The position numbers and the translations under genes are program-made. DNA of 64,000 bases, from assembly GCA_041650835.1 (NCBI GenBank), contig JBAZKL010000002.1, forward strand, positions 142,477-206,476, in the 5' to 3' direction. Each line of letters starts with the position of its first letter. Position 1 is the first letter of the stretch. The DNA is from Candidatus Omnitrophota bacterium (lineage in GTDB: Bacteria; Omnitrophota; Gorgyraeia; Gygaellales; Profunditerraquicolaceae). This document shows positions 9,196 through 18,410 of the stretch, one piece after another. Below the pieces are notes generated by a model. It was not told the DNA's origin. It saw nothing but the letters and a program-made list of their open reading frames with translations, and searched no databases.

Positions 9196-10440
9196 ATGCT
9201 TAAAATGTTCGAACTTATCATTTATTGGTCGATTATTTTGATCCCGTTTTCCGTGGCAATTTCTACCGGGTTTTCCAATACGCTCCTCGGATTTTTAGCC
9301 TTCGGTTATTGCGGGAAAAAGTTTATGCTCCGTAAGCCCCCTTTTTGGAATACCCCTTTGAGCTGGGTCTATTTTTTGTTTGTGGCGGTAGCCTTGGCCT
9401 CAATAATGAATTCAAGCGCCCTTTTGTATCCGGCGAACCGTCAAGGTATCCTGAAACTTTTAAAATACGGGCTGATTTTCTTGATCTGCGCGGAGGAGAT
9501 ACGCAGCGTTGAGCATATCAAAAGGATCGTTCTGGGGCTTGTGTTCGCGGGGCTGCTGGTAAGCGTAGATGCGTTCTGGCAGCTTCGCGTGGGATGGGAT
9601 TTTGTTCATCATGAAGCCGTGCAATCATGTTTGATCAATTTACCCCGGCCCACCGGACCGTTCCCCAATCCGAATGTCATGGGTATTTTTCTCGGTTTGA
9701 TCGCCCCGCTCCCCCTTGGCCTGGGGCTTGCGTATTATTCGGGAAAAGAAAAGATCTCATGGTTCATCGTTTTCCTGTTCACGGCAATGGGGATTTATCT
9801 GACGCTTTCCCGCGGTTCTGGGCTGGGATTGTTCGTAAGCGCCTTTTTGCTTGCTGTCACATTAAGAAAAAAGGCCCTGGTTGTTTTTTTAGCGGGGATA
9901 TTGCTGGCTTACCCGTTAGTCATGCCCAAGAACATTAAAACCTGGGCTCAAAAGCGTAATTATAATCCACTGGTCTTCTTTTTTAATGAGGACCGTTTGA
10001 GCATGTACATGAATTCGATGAATATGATCAGCCGGCATCCATTTACAGGCGTAGGAATAAACACATATTCTCAGAATTACGGAAAATATAAGACAAAGAA
10101 AGCGGAAGACTACTGCGTTACCCCTGAATCCAGCTACGCTCAAAGTAATTTCTTTCAGATGGCAGGAGAGGTCGGCTTGGTCGGACTGGCGGTTTTCTTT
10201 TTATTCCTGGGTATTTTGTTTAACGGGCTTATACGCGCGTATAAACGATCAAATGATCCGTATTTAAAAGCGCTGTCCGTGTCATTGATCGCCTGCTTTA
10301 CCGCGTTTTTGGTCAATGGATTGACTGAATCAAGCCTGTATTATTCGCGGGTGGTGATCATGTTCTGGTATTTTGTGGGTATCTCGTTAGCTTTACGCAA
10401 ATTCAGGATTCCGGGAACACCACCGGCTCAAGAGGTATAA
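9196..10440 (+). CDS. O-antigen ligase / Wzy_C family membrane protein (second paralog)
   Basis: Polytopic membrane protein with Wzy_C motif LTLSRGSGLGLFVSAFLLAV and a C-terminal periplasmic loop. Confidence 0.6.
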   Translation: MLKMFELIIYWSIILIPFSVAISTGFSNTLLGFLAFGYCGKKFMLRKPPFWNTPLSWVYFLFVAVALASIMNSSALLYPANRQGILKLLKYGLIFLICAEEIRSVEHIKRIVLGLVFAGLLVSVDAFWQLRVGWDFVHHEAVQSCLINLPRPTGPFPNPNVMGIFLGLIAPLPLGLGLAYYSGKEKISWFIVFLFTAMGIYLTLSRGSGLGLFVSAFLLAVTLRKKALVVFLAGILLAYPLVMPKNIKTWAQKRNYNPLVFFFNEDRLSMYMNSMNMISRHPFTGVGINTYSQNYGKYKTKKAEDYCVTPESSYAQSNFFQMAGEVGLVGLAVFFLFLGILFNGLIRAYKRSNDPYLKALSVSLIACFTAFLVNGLTESSLYYSRVVIMFWYFVGISLALRKFRIPGTPPAQEV

Positions 10441-10477
10441 GGCTTAAGGCTTTCCTAAGGTTAGGGGGCGCGGGACT

Positions 10478-11476
10478 ATGGGGATAAAAAGAATAGTAGT
10501 ATTCCGTAATGACCGGTTTGGAGAATTTTTGTTGATAATTCCGGCGCTTGAGGCTTTAAAACGCATGTATCCCGGGGCATCACTTACGGTAGTGGCGCAT
10601 CCGTCGGTACAAGCGCTCGCCCGGATCATTCCGGGTATTAATGCGGTCATCGCCTGGGAAAACCGCAAGCATCGTTTTGTCGAAATAATTAAATTTGCTT
10701 TTGAGCTGAGAAGAGGACATTTTGACCTGGCAGTTATCTTTAACCCGATGAAGGAATCCCATCTGGTCACTTTTCTGGCAGGGATAAGCGAAAGATTAGG
10801 CTATAGAAGGAAATGGGGCGCATTATTAACTAAAAGCCTCACCGATACCAGGGATTCGGGATTGAAGCACGAAGTGGAATCTAATTGCGAATTACTGCAG
10901 TGTTTGGGTGCCGTGCCGAAAGATCACCGCCTTTCGCTTGAATTGGAGGAACGTTTGATCAATGATTTTCTCAAGGAATATCCTTTTGCCGGCTCCGGCA
11001 ACCTGGTTGTGATCCATCCCTGGACGAGCGACCCGGTTAAGCAGTGGCCGCCGGAGAATTTCAGCGCTTTGGTTGAAATGATAGGGGAAAAATTAGACGT
11101 AACAACGGTGCTTATCGGTGGGGAGCAAGAGCGGCTGAAGGATTTCACCTGGAAAACTAACTCCCGACAGAAGATCATTGACCTGACCGGCAAAACTACT
11201 CTTGTGCAATTGGCCGCGCTTTTAAAGAAATCCCGGCTGCTTGTTTCTGCTGACAGCGGCCCGGTGCACCTGGCCGCGAGCGTCGGCACTCCGGTAATAG
11301 CCCTTTTCCGTAACGATATTCCCGGCAAAAGCCCAAGGCGATGGGGGCCCTGGGGAAAGAACAATCGCGTTATCGCTCAACCGCGTATTAACGATATTAC
11401 TGTCGCGGAAGTTTTTGAGGCAGTGGAAGAAGAATTGAGATCGGATAAAGTATTCGAAGGTAATTTAAAAAATTAA
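10478..11476 (+). CDS. GT9 family ADP-heptose:LPS heptosyltransferase-like glycosyltransferase
   Basis: GT9 signature blocks: VVIHPWTSDPVKQWP..NF..L, LIGGEQE, DLTGKTTL.QLAALL..S.LLVSADSGPVHLAASVGTPVIALF. Confidence 0.75.
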   Translation: MGIKRIVVFRNDRFGEFLLIIPALEALKRMYPGASLTVVAHPSVQALARIIPGINAVIAWENRKHRFVEIIKFAFELRRGHFDLAVIFNPMKESHLVTFLAGISERLGYRRKWGALLTKSLTDTRDSGLKHEVESNCELLQCLGAVPKDHRLSLELEERLINDFLKEYPFAGSGNLVVIHPWTSDPVKQWPPENFSALVEMIGEKLDVTTVLIGGEQERLKDFTWKTNSRQKIIDLTGKTTLVQLAALLKKSRLLVSADSGPVHLAASVGTPVIALFRNDIPGKSPRRWGPWGKNNRVIAQPRINDITVAEVFEAVEEELRSDKVFEGNLKN

Positions 11477-11580
11477 AGTTTAAATAACAAAGGAAGGTTT
11501 AAGCCTAAAGATTAAATTATAAAATTCGTCCTTTAACCTTTTAATTTTCTTTGTTATTTAATCTTTATCCTTTAAACTTA
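11477..11580. repeat. Module-B intergenic palindromic element (copy 1 of 4). AT-rich imperfect inverted repeat.
   Basis: agtttaaataacaaaggaagg ... ctttgttatttaatctt...tttaaactt. The arms are reverse complements. It shares the core 'taaataacaaaggaa'...'ttaaatt(t)taaaatt'...'cctttgttattta' with copies at 13931, 56951 and 57227. Confidence 0.7.
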
Positions 11581-11584
11581 TTTT

Positions 11585-12670
11585 ATGATGGAAGCTAAAA
11601 AGATCGAAAAAATACTAGTCATCAATCCCTTCGGTATCGGGGATGTGCTTTTTACTACTCCGGTTGTCCGCGCACTCAGGGAGAATTTTCCTCAGGCGGT
11701 CATTGGATATTGGTGTAATGAACGCGTCAAAGAAGTTCTAAAGCACAACCAGAATATTAACATGATCTTTTCGCTTTCGCGCGGCGACCTGAAGCGCTTA
11801 TATAAAAAATCCAAGGTCCAGGCTGTTTTAAGGTTAATCCGGGTATTGACGGATATAAAGAGCCATTCTTTCGACGCCGTGATCGATTTTTCTTTAGATT
11901 ACCGTTACAGCTTTATGACCAGGATCTTAGGGATCAAAAAAAGGATCGGTTTTAATTATAAGAACCGGGGAAGGTTCTTAACGGATACGCTGCCTATTGA
12001 AACGTACAGCTCAAAGCATGTCGTGGATTTTTATTTGGATTTGCTGCGATTCTTGAATATTGAACCTCGAACAAAAGATTTAGACCTGAGCGTTTCCCCT
12101 GTTAATAACGTAAAGGGCAGGTATATCCTCAGCCGTCTTGGGATAAAGGAGAATGACACGGTCATCGGTATCGCCCCCGGAGCCGGGGCGAGTTGGGGTA
12201 AGGATGCGTCGTTTAAGCGCTGGCCTGCCATACGATTCACGCAATTAGCGGATAAGGTGGTCTCTGAACTCGGGGCTAAAGTCGTGATCCTGGGAGATGA
12301 GTCTGAACGGGACATCGCTGATTTTATCATGTATTCAATGAGGTATAAGGCCATTGACCTGGTAGGTAAGACAAATATCGAGGAGTTCATCGCGCTGATC
12401 AATAATGTCGATGTGCTTGTCGCTAATGACGGCGGGCCGCTCCACTGCGCGGTCGCCCTGGGCAAAAAAACAGTCGCGATATTCGGCCCGGTTGATGATG
12501 TCGTCTACGGCCCGTTCCCCAGGTCGGATAAACACATCGTTATTAAAAAAGACCTGCCGTGCAGGCCATGTTACCAAAAATTCAAACTCGGCGCCTGTGA
12601 GCGTGACAGGGCATGTATTAATATGATCTCAACTGAAGAAGTTTTTGAGGCGATAAGGAGGCTTGTGTGA
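11585..12670 (+). CDS. GT9 family heptosyltransferase-like glycosyltransferase (second paralog)
   Basis: ILVINPFGIGDVLFTTPV..., GIAPGAGASWGKD..KRWP, LVGKTN..EFIALINN.DVLVANDGGPLHCAVALGKKTVAIFGP. Confidence 0.7.
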   Translation: MMEAKKIEKILVINPFGIGDVLFTTPVVRALRENFPQAVIGYWCNERVKEVLKHNQNINMIFSLSRGDLKRLYKKSKVQAVLRLIRVLTDIKSHSFDAVIDFSLDYRYSFMTRILGIKKRIGFNYKNRGRFLTDTLPIETYSSKHVVDFYLDLLRFLNIEPRTKDLDLSVSPVNNVKGRYILSRLGIKENDTVIGIAPGAGASWGKDASFKRWPAIRFTQLADKVVSELGAKVVILGDESERDIADFIMYSMRYKAIDLVGKTNIEEFIALINNVDVLVANDGGPLHCAVALGKKTVAIFGPVDDVVYGPFPRSDKHIVIKKDLPCRPCYQKFKLGACERDRACINMISTEEVFEAIRRLV

Positions 12671-13794
12671 ATATCCCATTTTCAGATCTCGGCATTATCC
12701 ATAAAAAATTAAGAATACCTCTCAATAAAGCATTAGAACGCGTGATCGCGAGGGGAGACTTTATTCTCGGAGAAGATGTACGTTTGTTTGAACAGGAATT
12801 CGCATCCGTTTGCAACGCCCGTTACGGTATCGGCACAAGCTCCGGGACTGCCGCCTTATTCCTATCGCTGGTAAGTTTAGGGATTGGAGCGGGAGACGAG
12901 GTCATTGTGCCGGATTTTACCTTTATCGCTACCGCTTTTGCGGTAACCTATACGGGCGCGAAGCCGGTTTTTGCCGATATCGACGATGTTACCTACAATA
13001 TTGATGTTAAAAAGATCAAACATGCCCTTTCCCGAAAAACGAAAGCGATCATCCCCGTGCATTTATACGGGCAGCCTGCCGCGATGCGCCAGATCATGCA
13101 ATTAGCCGGAGAATATGATTTGAAGGTTATTGAGGACGCCGCTCAGGCGCACGGTGCGCTCTGCCAGGTTTCAGGAAAAAAGCTTTTGCCTGTCGGGTCG
13201 ATCGGCGATATCGGATGTTTTAGTTTTTATCCTTCTAAAAACCTCGGGGGATTTGGTGACGGGGGAATGATTGTTACCAATGATGAAGCCTTGTACCGTA
13301 AATTGCTCGTTTTACGGGATTGCGGAAGGATCTCAAAATACGAGCATGCGGTTGTCGGTTATAATTCGCGCTTAGACACGCTTCAAGCTGCGCTCTTGAG
13401 GGAAAAACTCAAATATCTTAACGCCTGGACCCGGTTACGCAAGGCAGCCGCGGAGCGCTATGACGCGATGTTAAAGGATGTGCCGGGAGTTATTATTCCC
13501 CGGGCAGTTGACCAGGCATCCCATGTGTATCACGTCTACGCGATACGGATCAAGAACAGGGATGCTGTAGTAAAGAAGCTCCAGGAGAAAGGTATCGGAG
13601 TGATCGTTCATTACCCGATCCCGCTGCATATGCAGAAAGTGTACGCGTCGTTGGGATACAAAAAAGGGGATTTCCCGGTGGCAGAACAGGTCTCCCGGGA
13701 GATCGTTTCTTTACCGCTGTATCCGTATATGAAACCCTCCCAGATCAAGTACGTTGTGCGCCAGATTCGGGCTGCGGTTGAAACAGCAGGTTAA
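12667..13794 (+). CDS. DegT/DnrJ/EryC1/StrS-family PLP-dependent sugar aminotransferase
   Basis: GTG start overlapping the upstream stop. Motifs GDEVIVPDFTFIATA, HLYGQPA and SFYPSKNLGGFGDGGMIVTND (PLP-lysine). Confidence 0.8.
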   Translation: MNIPFSDLGIIHKKLRIPLNKALERVIARGDFILGEDVRLFEQEFASVCNARYGIGTSSGTAALFLSLVSLGIGAGDEVIVPDFTFIATAFAVTYTGAKPVFADIDDVTYNIDVKKIKHALSRKTKAIIPVHLYGQPAAMRQIMQLAGEYDLKVIEDAAQAHGALCQVSGKKLLPVGSIGDIGCFSFYPSKNLGGFGDGGMIVTNDEALYRKLLVLRDCGRISKYEHAVVGYNSRLDTLQAALLREKLKYLNAWTRLRKAAAERYDAMLKDVPGVIIPRAVDQASHVYHVYAIRIKNRDAVVKKLQEKGIGVIVHYPIPLHMQKVYASLGYKKGDFPVAEQVSREIVSLPLYPYMKPSQIKYVVRQIRAAVETAG

Positions 13795-13930
13795 AGAAAA
13801 GTGATCGGTAAACAGGAAAGCCCGGGACGAGGTAATCCGAGGATACGGCGATCTGGGGACTGGGGCACCGGGGATCCGGCGAACTGATAGTTCGGGAAAA
13901 CGTTAAACTCGGGCTTAGGAATCATAAGTT

Positions 13931-14070
13931 AAGTTTAAAGTCTAAAGGATAAATAACAAAGGAAGATTAAAGGATTAAGGCTAAATTTTAAAATTACCTG
14001 CCTGCCGGCAGGCAGGAACCTTTAAACTTAAGTCTTCCTTTGATATTTAGACTTTAAACTTTAGACTTTT
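13931..14070. repeat. Module-B intergenic palindromic element (copy 2 of 4), with a central perfect 20-bp palindrome cctgcctgccggcaggcagg
   Basis: aagtttaaagtctaaaggataaataacaaaggaag...ctaaattttaaaatt...cttcctttgatatttagactttaaactttagac. It lies in a 334-bp gap between the DegT-type gene and a GT2 gene. Confidence 0.7.
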
Positions 14071-14127
14071 ACAAGAATACTATAGTTAAAAGAAATGAAT
14101 TATAACATTACCAATTAAGGAGGAATA

Positions 14128-14910
14128 ATGCCGGAAAAAATAAAGCTTTCAGTGGTAACGTTAACTAAAAACAGCCAGGAGATAATCGAGGATTGTTTGA
14201 AGAGCGTTGCCGGCTGGGTGGGAGAAATAATCATTGTAGATGATATGAGCACGGACCGTACTTTGGAGATCGTAAGGAAATATACCGATAAAGTTTCTGT
14301 CCGCAAATGGGACAAGGAAGGCCTCCACCGGAACCTGGCTTACGCGAAAGCATCCTATGATTATATATTAAGCCTTGATTCCGATGAGCGGGTGACTCCC
14401 GAACTCAGGGATGAAATAATCGCGATCTTTAAGGCAGGCCCGGAATTTAACGGGTACAATATCCCTCACCGTAATTTTATCGGCAGCTATTGGATACGCC
14501 ATGGAGGCTGGTATCCCAACGCTAAATTGAAGCTGTTCAAGAAATGTGAATTCAAGTACGAAGAGGAAGCGGAATATCATCCGCGCGCTTTCATGGAAGG
14601 AAAAACCTTTACGCTCAAGGGCGATATTATCCATTTTGCCTACCGGGATTTTAAGAACCTTTTTAGCAAATTAAACCATCAGACTGATTTTGAAGCCCGA
14701 AAGTGGCTGCGCGATAAGCGTAAGATGAGCTTCGGCCTGTGTATGGTGAAGATCTTTTCGCGTTTTATGAAATTTTATTTAGGCAAAAAAGGGCACAAAG
14801 ACGGTTTTATCGGATTTATGATGGCGCTCGCGTCTGGGCTCTATCAGATCATGGCTTACGCTAAATATTGGGAGGCTAAACAGAATGCCTTGCCCGCAAA
14901 GGAAAAATAA
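14128..14910 (+). CDS. Family-2 glycosyltransferase (LPS-core WaaE/KdtX-like)
   Basis: KLSVVTLTKNSQEIIEDCL.SV...IIVDDMSTD...LSLDSDERVTPEL. A strong RBS (AGGAGG) lies upstream. Confidence 0.7.
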   Translation: MPEKIKLSVVTLTKNSQEIIEDCLKSVAGWVGEIIIVDDMSTDRTLEIVRKYTDKVSVRKWDKEGLHRNLAYAKASYDYILSLDSDERVTPELRDEIIAIFKAGPEFNGYNIPHRNFIGSYWIRHGGWYPNAKLKLFKKCEFKYEEEAEYHPRAFMEGKTFTLKGDIIHFAYRDFKNLFSKLNHQTDFEARKWLRDKRKMSFGLCMVKIFSRFMKFYLGKKGHKDGFIGFMMALASGLYQIMAYAKYWEAKQNALPAKEK

Positions 14911-15484
14911 GCCCCGCCGGAATAAAAAGGCGGTTTTTATCGACCGAGACGGAGTTATTAACCGCTACCCGGGTGAGAACCGTTTTGTGGCATCCTGGAA
15001 GCAATTCCGCTTTCTTCCGGGGGCAAAGGGCGCGCTGCAGAAGCTTTCTGCCGCCGGTTATTTGGTTTTTATCGTTTCGAATCAATCGGGAGTCGCGCGC
15101 GGGCTTTATTCACAGGCCGTATTGGATGAAATAACATCCTTGATGCTCAAAGCGCTTGAAAGATCACGGGCATATATACAGCAAGTTTATTATTGCGTGC
15201 ACGGCCCGCACGACAGCTGTCACTGCCGTAAGCCTAAGCCGGGATTGATCAAAAAAGCGATGAAGGAATATGGCATTGGCAAGAAGGCCTTATCGGAATC
15301 GTTTTTTATCGGTGACAACATGGTTGATATTCAAACTGCCCAAACGGCCGGCTGTAAGTCGATCTTAGTCTTTTCAGGCAAGGAGAATGAGGGCAATAAA
15401 AAACTCTGGGTTGCGCAGCCTGATTTTACCGCGCGGGACCTTGCCTGTGCTGTCAAATTAATCCTACGCTCCACAACACTCTAA
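14885..15484 (+). CDS. gmhB: D-glycero-D-manno-heptose-1,7-bisphosphate phosphatase (HAD-IIIA)
   Basis: AVFIDRDGVIN (DxDGT/V nucleophile motif) and the Zn-binding C.H..(n)..C.C motif CVHGPHDSCHCRKPKPG. It is co-localised with heptosyltransferases. Confidence 0.7.
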   Translation: MPCPQRKNKPRRNKKAVFIDRDGVINRYPGENRFVASWKQFRFLPGAKGALQKLSAAGYLVFIVSNQSGVARGLYSQAVLDEITSLMLKALERSRAYIQQVYYCVHGPHDSCHCRKPKPGLIKKAMKEYGIGKKALSESFFIGDNMVDIQTAQTAGCKSILVFSGKENEGNKKLWVAQPDFTARDLACAVKLILRSTTL

Positions 15485-15488
15485 TATT

Positions 15489-16577
15489 ATGAAAGTCATC
15501 GTCGCTTATGCCGCAGCGGGCAGGGGTCACCAGCAGGCTGCAGAGGCGCTTCTTACGCATTGCAGAACCGCCTATAAAACCACGGATATTGAAGCTGTGG
15601 ATATCCTTAAGTTTACGAATCCTTTTTTCGATTTTTTGTATTCACGGGGTTACTATGTGGTGGCCAGCCACTTAGGTTTTCTTTGGCAGTTCTTTTTTTC
15701 CATAACCTACCAAGCTCCTATCCGCCGGCTGTTCAACAGGCTCAGCGCTTGGGGCGCGGTTAAATTTAAACGTTACCTTATTGAACGCAATCCCGACGTT
15801 ATTATCTCAACTCATTTCTTTCCGGCGGATATATCGGCCAGGCTTAAAGAAGAGAATAAAATAACATCGCGTTTAATGACCATAATTACTGATTTTGGCG
15901 TGCATCCGTTATGGGTAACCTCCGGCTGCGATGTTTACGTGGTTGCTTCTGAAGCTACAAAGCAGGAATTGCTTACCTTGGGTGTTAAGGGCGAAAAGAT
16001 CAAAGTATTCGGTATTCCCATCAGGGAGGGCTTTGGGCGCCGCTATCAACGGTCGAATCCACGCTTTAGCGTCTTACTTTTTACCGGGTCATTCGGTTTT
16101 TCTTTTATTGAAAAGATCGCTCTTGCACTCGCGGATAAGGTGCATCTTTGGGTGGTCTGCGGGAATAATGCCTCTTTGTATAACCGCTTGCGGAAAAAAA
16201 CACTTGCCGGTATCGAATTATTCGGGTTTACCGAAGAAATCCCCCGGATCATGGCTGAAGTCGATGTGGTCATAGCCAAGCCGGGCGGATTGAGCATCTC
16301 GGAAGCTTTAGCGAGTGACCGGCCGCTCATCTTCACCCGCGGCATTCCCGGGCAGGAATGCGCCAATGAACGTATCCTTCATGAATACGGATGCGCGTTA
16401 ACGCCGAAGAACTTATCTGAAATGCAGGAAGTGATACTTCAGCTTAAGGACGACCCCGATAAACTTGAGTCTTTACGCGCGCATATTCAGAAGATCAAAA
16501 AACCTTTATCTACTCAGGAGATACTCAGGTATGTTTGCGCAGGTGCATCTGGGACTGCCGATCGAAGGCCCCTTTGA
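15489..16577 (+). CDS. MGDG-synthase-like / GT28 glycosyltransferase (lipid or LPS glycosyltransferase)
   Basis: N-terminal MKVIVAYAAAGRGHQQAAEAL (MGDG_synth domain) and C-terminal Glyco_tran_28_C blocks (AKPGGLSISEALASDRPLIF). The 3' end overlaps the priA start by about 47 bp. Confidence 0.65.
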   Translation: MKVIVAYAAAGRGHQQAAEALLTHCRTAYKTTDIEAVDILKFTNPFFDFLYSRGYYVVASHLGFLWQFFFSITYQAPIRRLFNRLSAWGAVKFKRYLIERNPDVIISTHFFPADISARLKEENKITSRLMTIITDFGVHPLWVTSGCDVYVVASEATKQELLTLGVKGEKIKVFGIPIREGFGRRYQRSNPRFSVLLFTGSFGFSFIEKIALALADKVHLWVVCGNNASLYNRLRKKTLAGIELFGFTEEIPRIMAEVDVVIAKPGGLSISEALASDRPLIFTRGIPGQECANERILHEYGCALTPKNLSEMQEVILQLKDDPDKLESLRAHIQKIKKPLSTQEILRYVCAGASGTADRRPL

Positions 16578-18396
16578 TTATTCAGTACCCCTTGAGTTCC
16601 AACAGAAAATAAAACCCGGAAGCAGGGTGTTTGTCCATTTCCGGGCTAAGAAAATGGTCGGGTATGTGGTTGGTTTAAGTGATAAGACCGATATCCCCAG
16701 GGTAAAGCCTCTCTTAGGCTGTATAGACGATTTTCCCGTATTGAACCATGAACTATTAGCGCTGACCAGGGAGGTTTCAGAATATTATTGTTGTTCCTGG
16801 GGCGAAGCTATTGAAACTGCCCTTCCCCAGGGTTTACGTAAAGGTAAACTGTTACAACTATCCTGCGAAGTTCCTCTTGAAAGACAAGATCAGACTTCCC
16901 CTGCTTTAAAAGGGCAGGCTCAAGCGTCGACAATGATTATTCAGGACTGGGGAGGAAAGCTCCGGTGGGAACGCTATTGGGAAGCTCTGCAACCGGTATT
17001 AAAGAGAAAAGAAAGCGCCATCATCCTGGTGCCTGACGTAGACGCGGTAGCGCGGGCTCAAATCCTGGTAGCTGAGAAATTCCGTATTCCGGTAGGCGTC
17101 TTGTACCGCGATTGCCCCGCGGAGATGAGTGAATGGTTAAGAATCAAAGAAGGGGGCGTTCAAATTATTGTGGGCACCCGCTCCGCTGTTTTTGCCCCGG
17201 CACAGAACCTGGGGTTGATTATTGTCGATGAGGAACAGGACCAGGCATTTAAACAGGACCAGGTGCCTCATTATCACGCGCGCGATGCCGCGTTGATGCG
17301 CGCCGGGATGAGCCATGCGCGCTGTTTACTGGCAAGTAGTGCGCCTTCGTTAGAAAGCTTTTATTTGGCAGAAAAGGGCAAAGCCGAGTTCCTTCGTTTA
17401 GAAGAAAAAGAGGCTCCCCGGGTCAAGATCATCGATTTAAAGAATCTGCCCCTGTTTAACCGTAAAAAGGCGTTAGTCCTGACTTTATATGTACAGGATG
17501 CTATCGAGTCCGCGCTTGCGGCGGGGGAAAAAATACTTTTATTCATTAACCGCAAAGGGTTCGCTACATTTGCCGCCTGCCACCACTGCGGGGCTGTTTT
17601 AAAATGCCCGCGGTGCAATATCAATGTCGTCTATCATTATAAGAGTAATGTTTTATCGTGCCACTATTGCAATTATAAGATAAAACCTCCTGAGATCTGC
17701 CCCCAGTGCAATTCCGGTTATATAAAGTATTCCGGCGCAGGCGCCGAGAAAATAGAGAGCGAGCTTTGCAGGCTGTTTCCTCAAGCCGTGATCAAGCAAA
17801 TTGAAGAAGGAGAGGGATCCGATCTCACCATTGCCGATATCTTTGTGGCGTCGCAAGCGGTCCTTAAGTGTACGGTTGAGTCCTTCGGCATGGTTGTCGT
17901 GTTAGCTATCGACTATGAACTCAACCGTGTCGACTTCCGCGCGAGCGAAAAAACCTTTTCTCTCTTATCAAGCCTCTTGCGTTTATCCGCCAAGCAAATG
18001 CTTATACAGACAAGCCTGCCGCATCATTATTGTTTCGCGGCTTTAGAACAGAATAATCCCGCGCTTTTCTACGATGAAGAGCTTTCGATGCGCAAGCAAC
18101 TTGAATTTCCGCCTGTCCGGCACATGGGACTGGTCAAGATCCGCGGAAAAAATGAAGAGAAGGTCCAAACAACAAGCCAAAGCTTATTTACCCTCCTCCA
18201 GGAGAAAGCGGCGCAAAACGATGTCTCGGTCATATCGGTTAATCCCGGCGTGCACGTAAAGCTCCGGGGGAATTTTTACTGGCAGATCGTCCTGCACGCG
18301 GGGACGGCGCAGAAATTATCAAGCTTCCTTAAAAGTTCTTTAAAAAAGGTTTCACATTCTGGTATAATAGTGACTGTTGATATTGACCCCTGGTAA
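16531..18396 (+). CDS. priA: Primosomal protein N' (PriA) homolog with degenerate ATPase motifs
   Basis: Canonical N-terminus MFAQVHLGLPIEGPFDYSVP. Blocks IIVGTRSAVFAP and the Cys-rich zinc module CHHCG...CPRCN...CHYCN...CPQCN are present. The Walker A position reads QDWGGKLRW and Walker B reads DEEQD. Confidence 0.7.
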   Translation: MFAQVHLGLPIEGPFDYSVPLEFQQKIKPGSRVFVHFRAKKMVGYVVGLSDKTDIPRVKPLLGCIDDFPVLNHELLALTREVSEYYCCSWGEAIETALPQGLRKGKLLQLSCEVPLERQDQTSPALKGQAQASTMIIQDWGGKLRWERYWEALQPVLKRKESAIILVPDVDAVARAQILVAEKFRIPVGVLYRDCPAEMSEWLRIKEGGVQIIVGTRSAVFAPAQNLGLIIVDEEQDQAFKQDQVPHYHARDAALMRAGMSHARCLLASSAPSLESFYLAEKGKAEFLRLEEKEAPRVKIIDLKNLPLFNRKKALVLTLYVQDAIESALAAGEKILLFINRKGFATFAACHHCGAVLKCPRCNINVVYHYKSNVLSCHYCNYKIKPPEICPQCNSGYIKYSGAGAEKIESELCRLFPQAVIKQIEEGEGSDLTIADIFVASQAVLKCTVESFGMVVVLAIDYELNRVDFRASEKTFSLLSSLLRLSAKQMLIQTSLPHHYCFAALEQNNPALFYDEELSMRKQLEFPPVRHMGLVKIRGKNEEKVQTTSQSLFTLLQEKAAQNDVSVISVNPGVHVKLRGNFYWQIVLHAGTAQKLSSFLKSSLKKVSHSGIIVTVDIDPW

Positions 18397-18410
18397 CTAA
18401 AACTTAAACT

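Noticed and set aside
16465-16530. N-terminal extension of the priA ORF (MSLYARIFRRSKNLYLLRRYSG)
   Set aside because: It overlaps the 3' end of the GT28 gene in another frame. The conserved PriA N-terminus starts at the internal Met (MFAQVHLGLPIEGPFDYSVP), which was chosen as the start.
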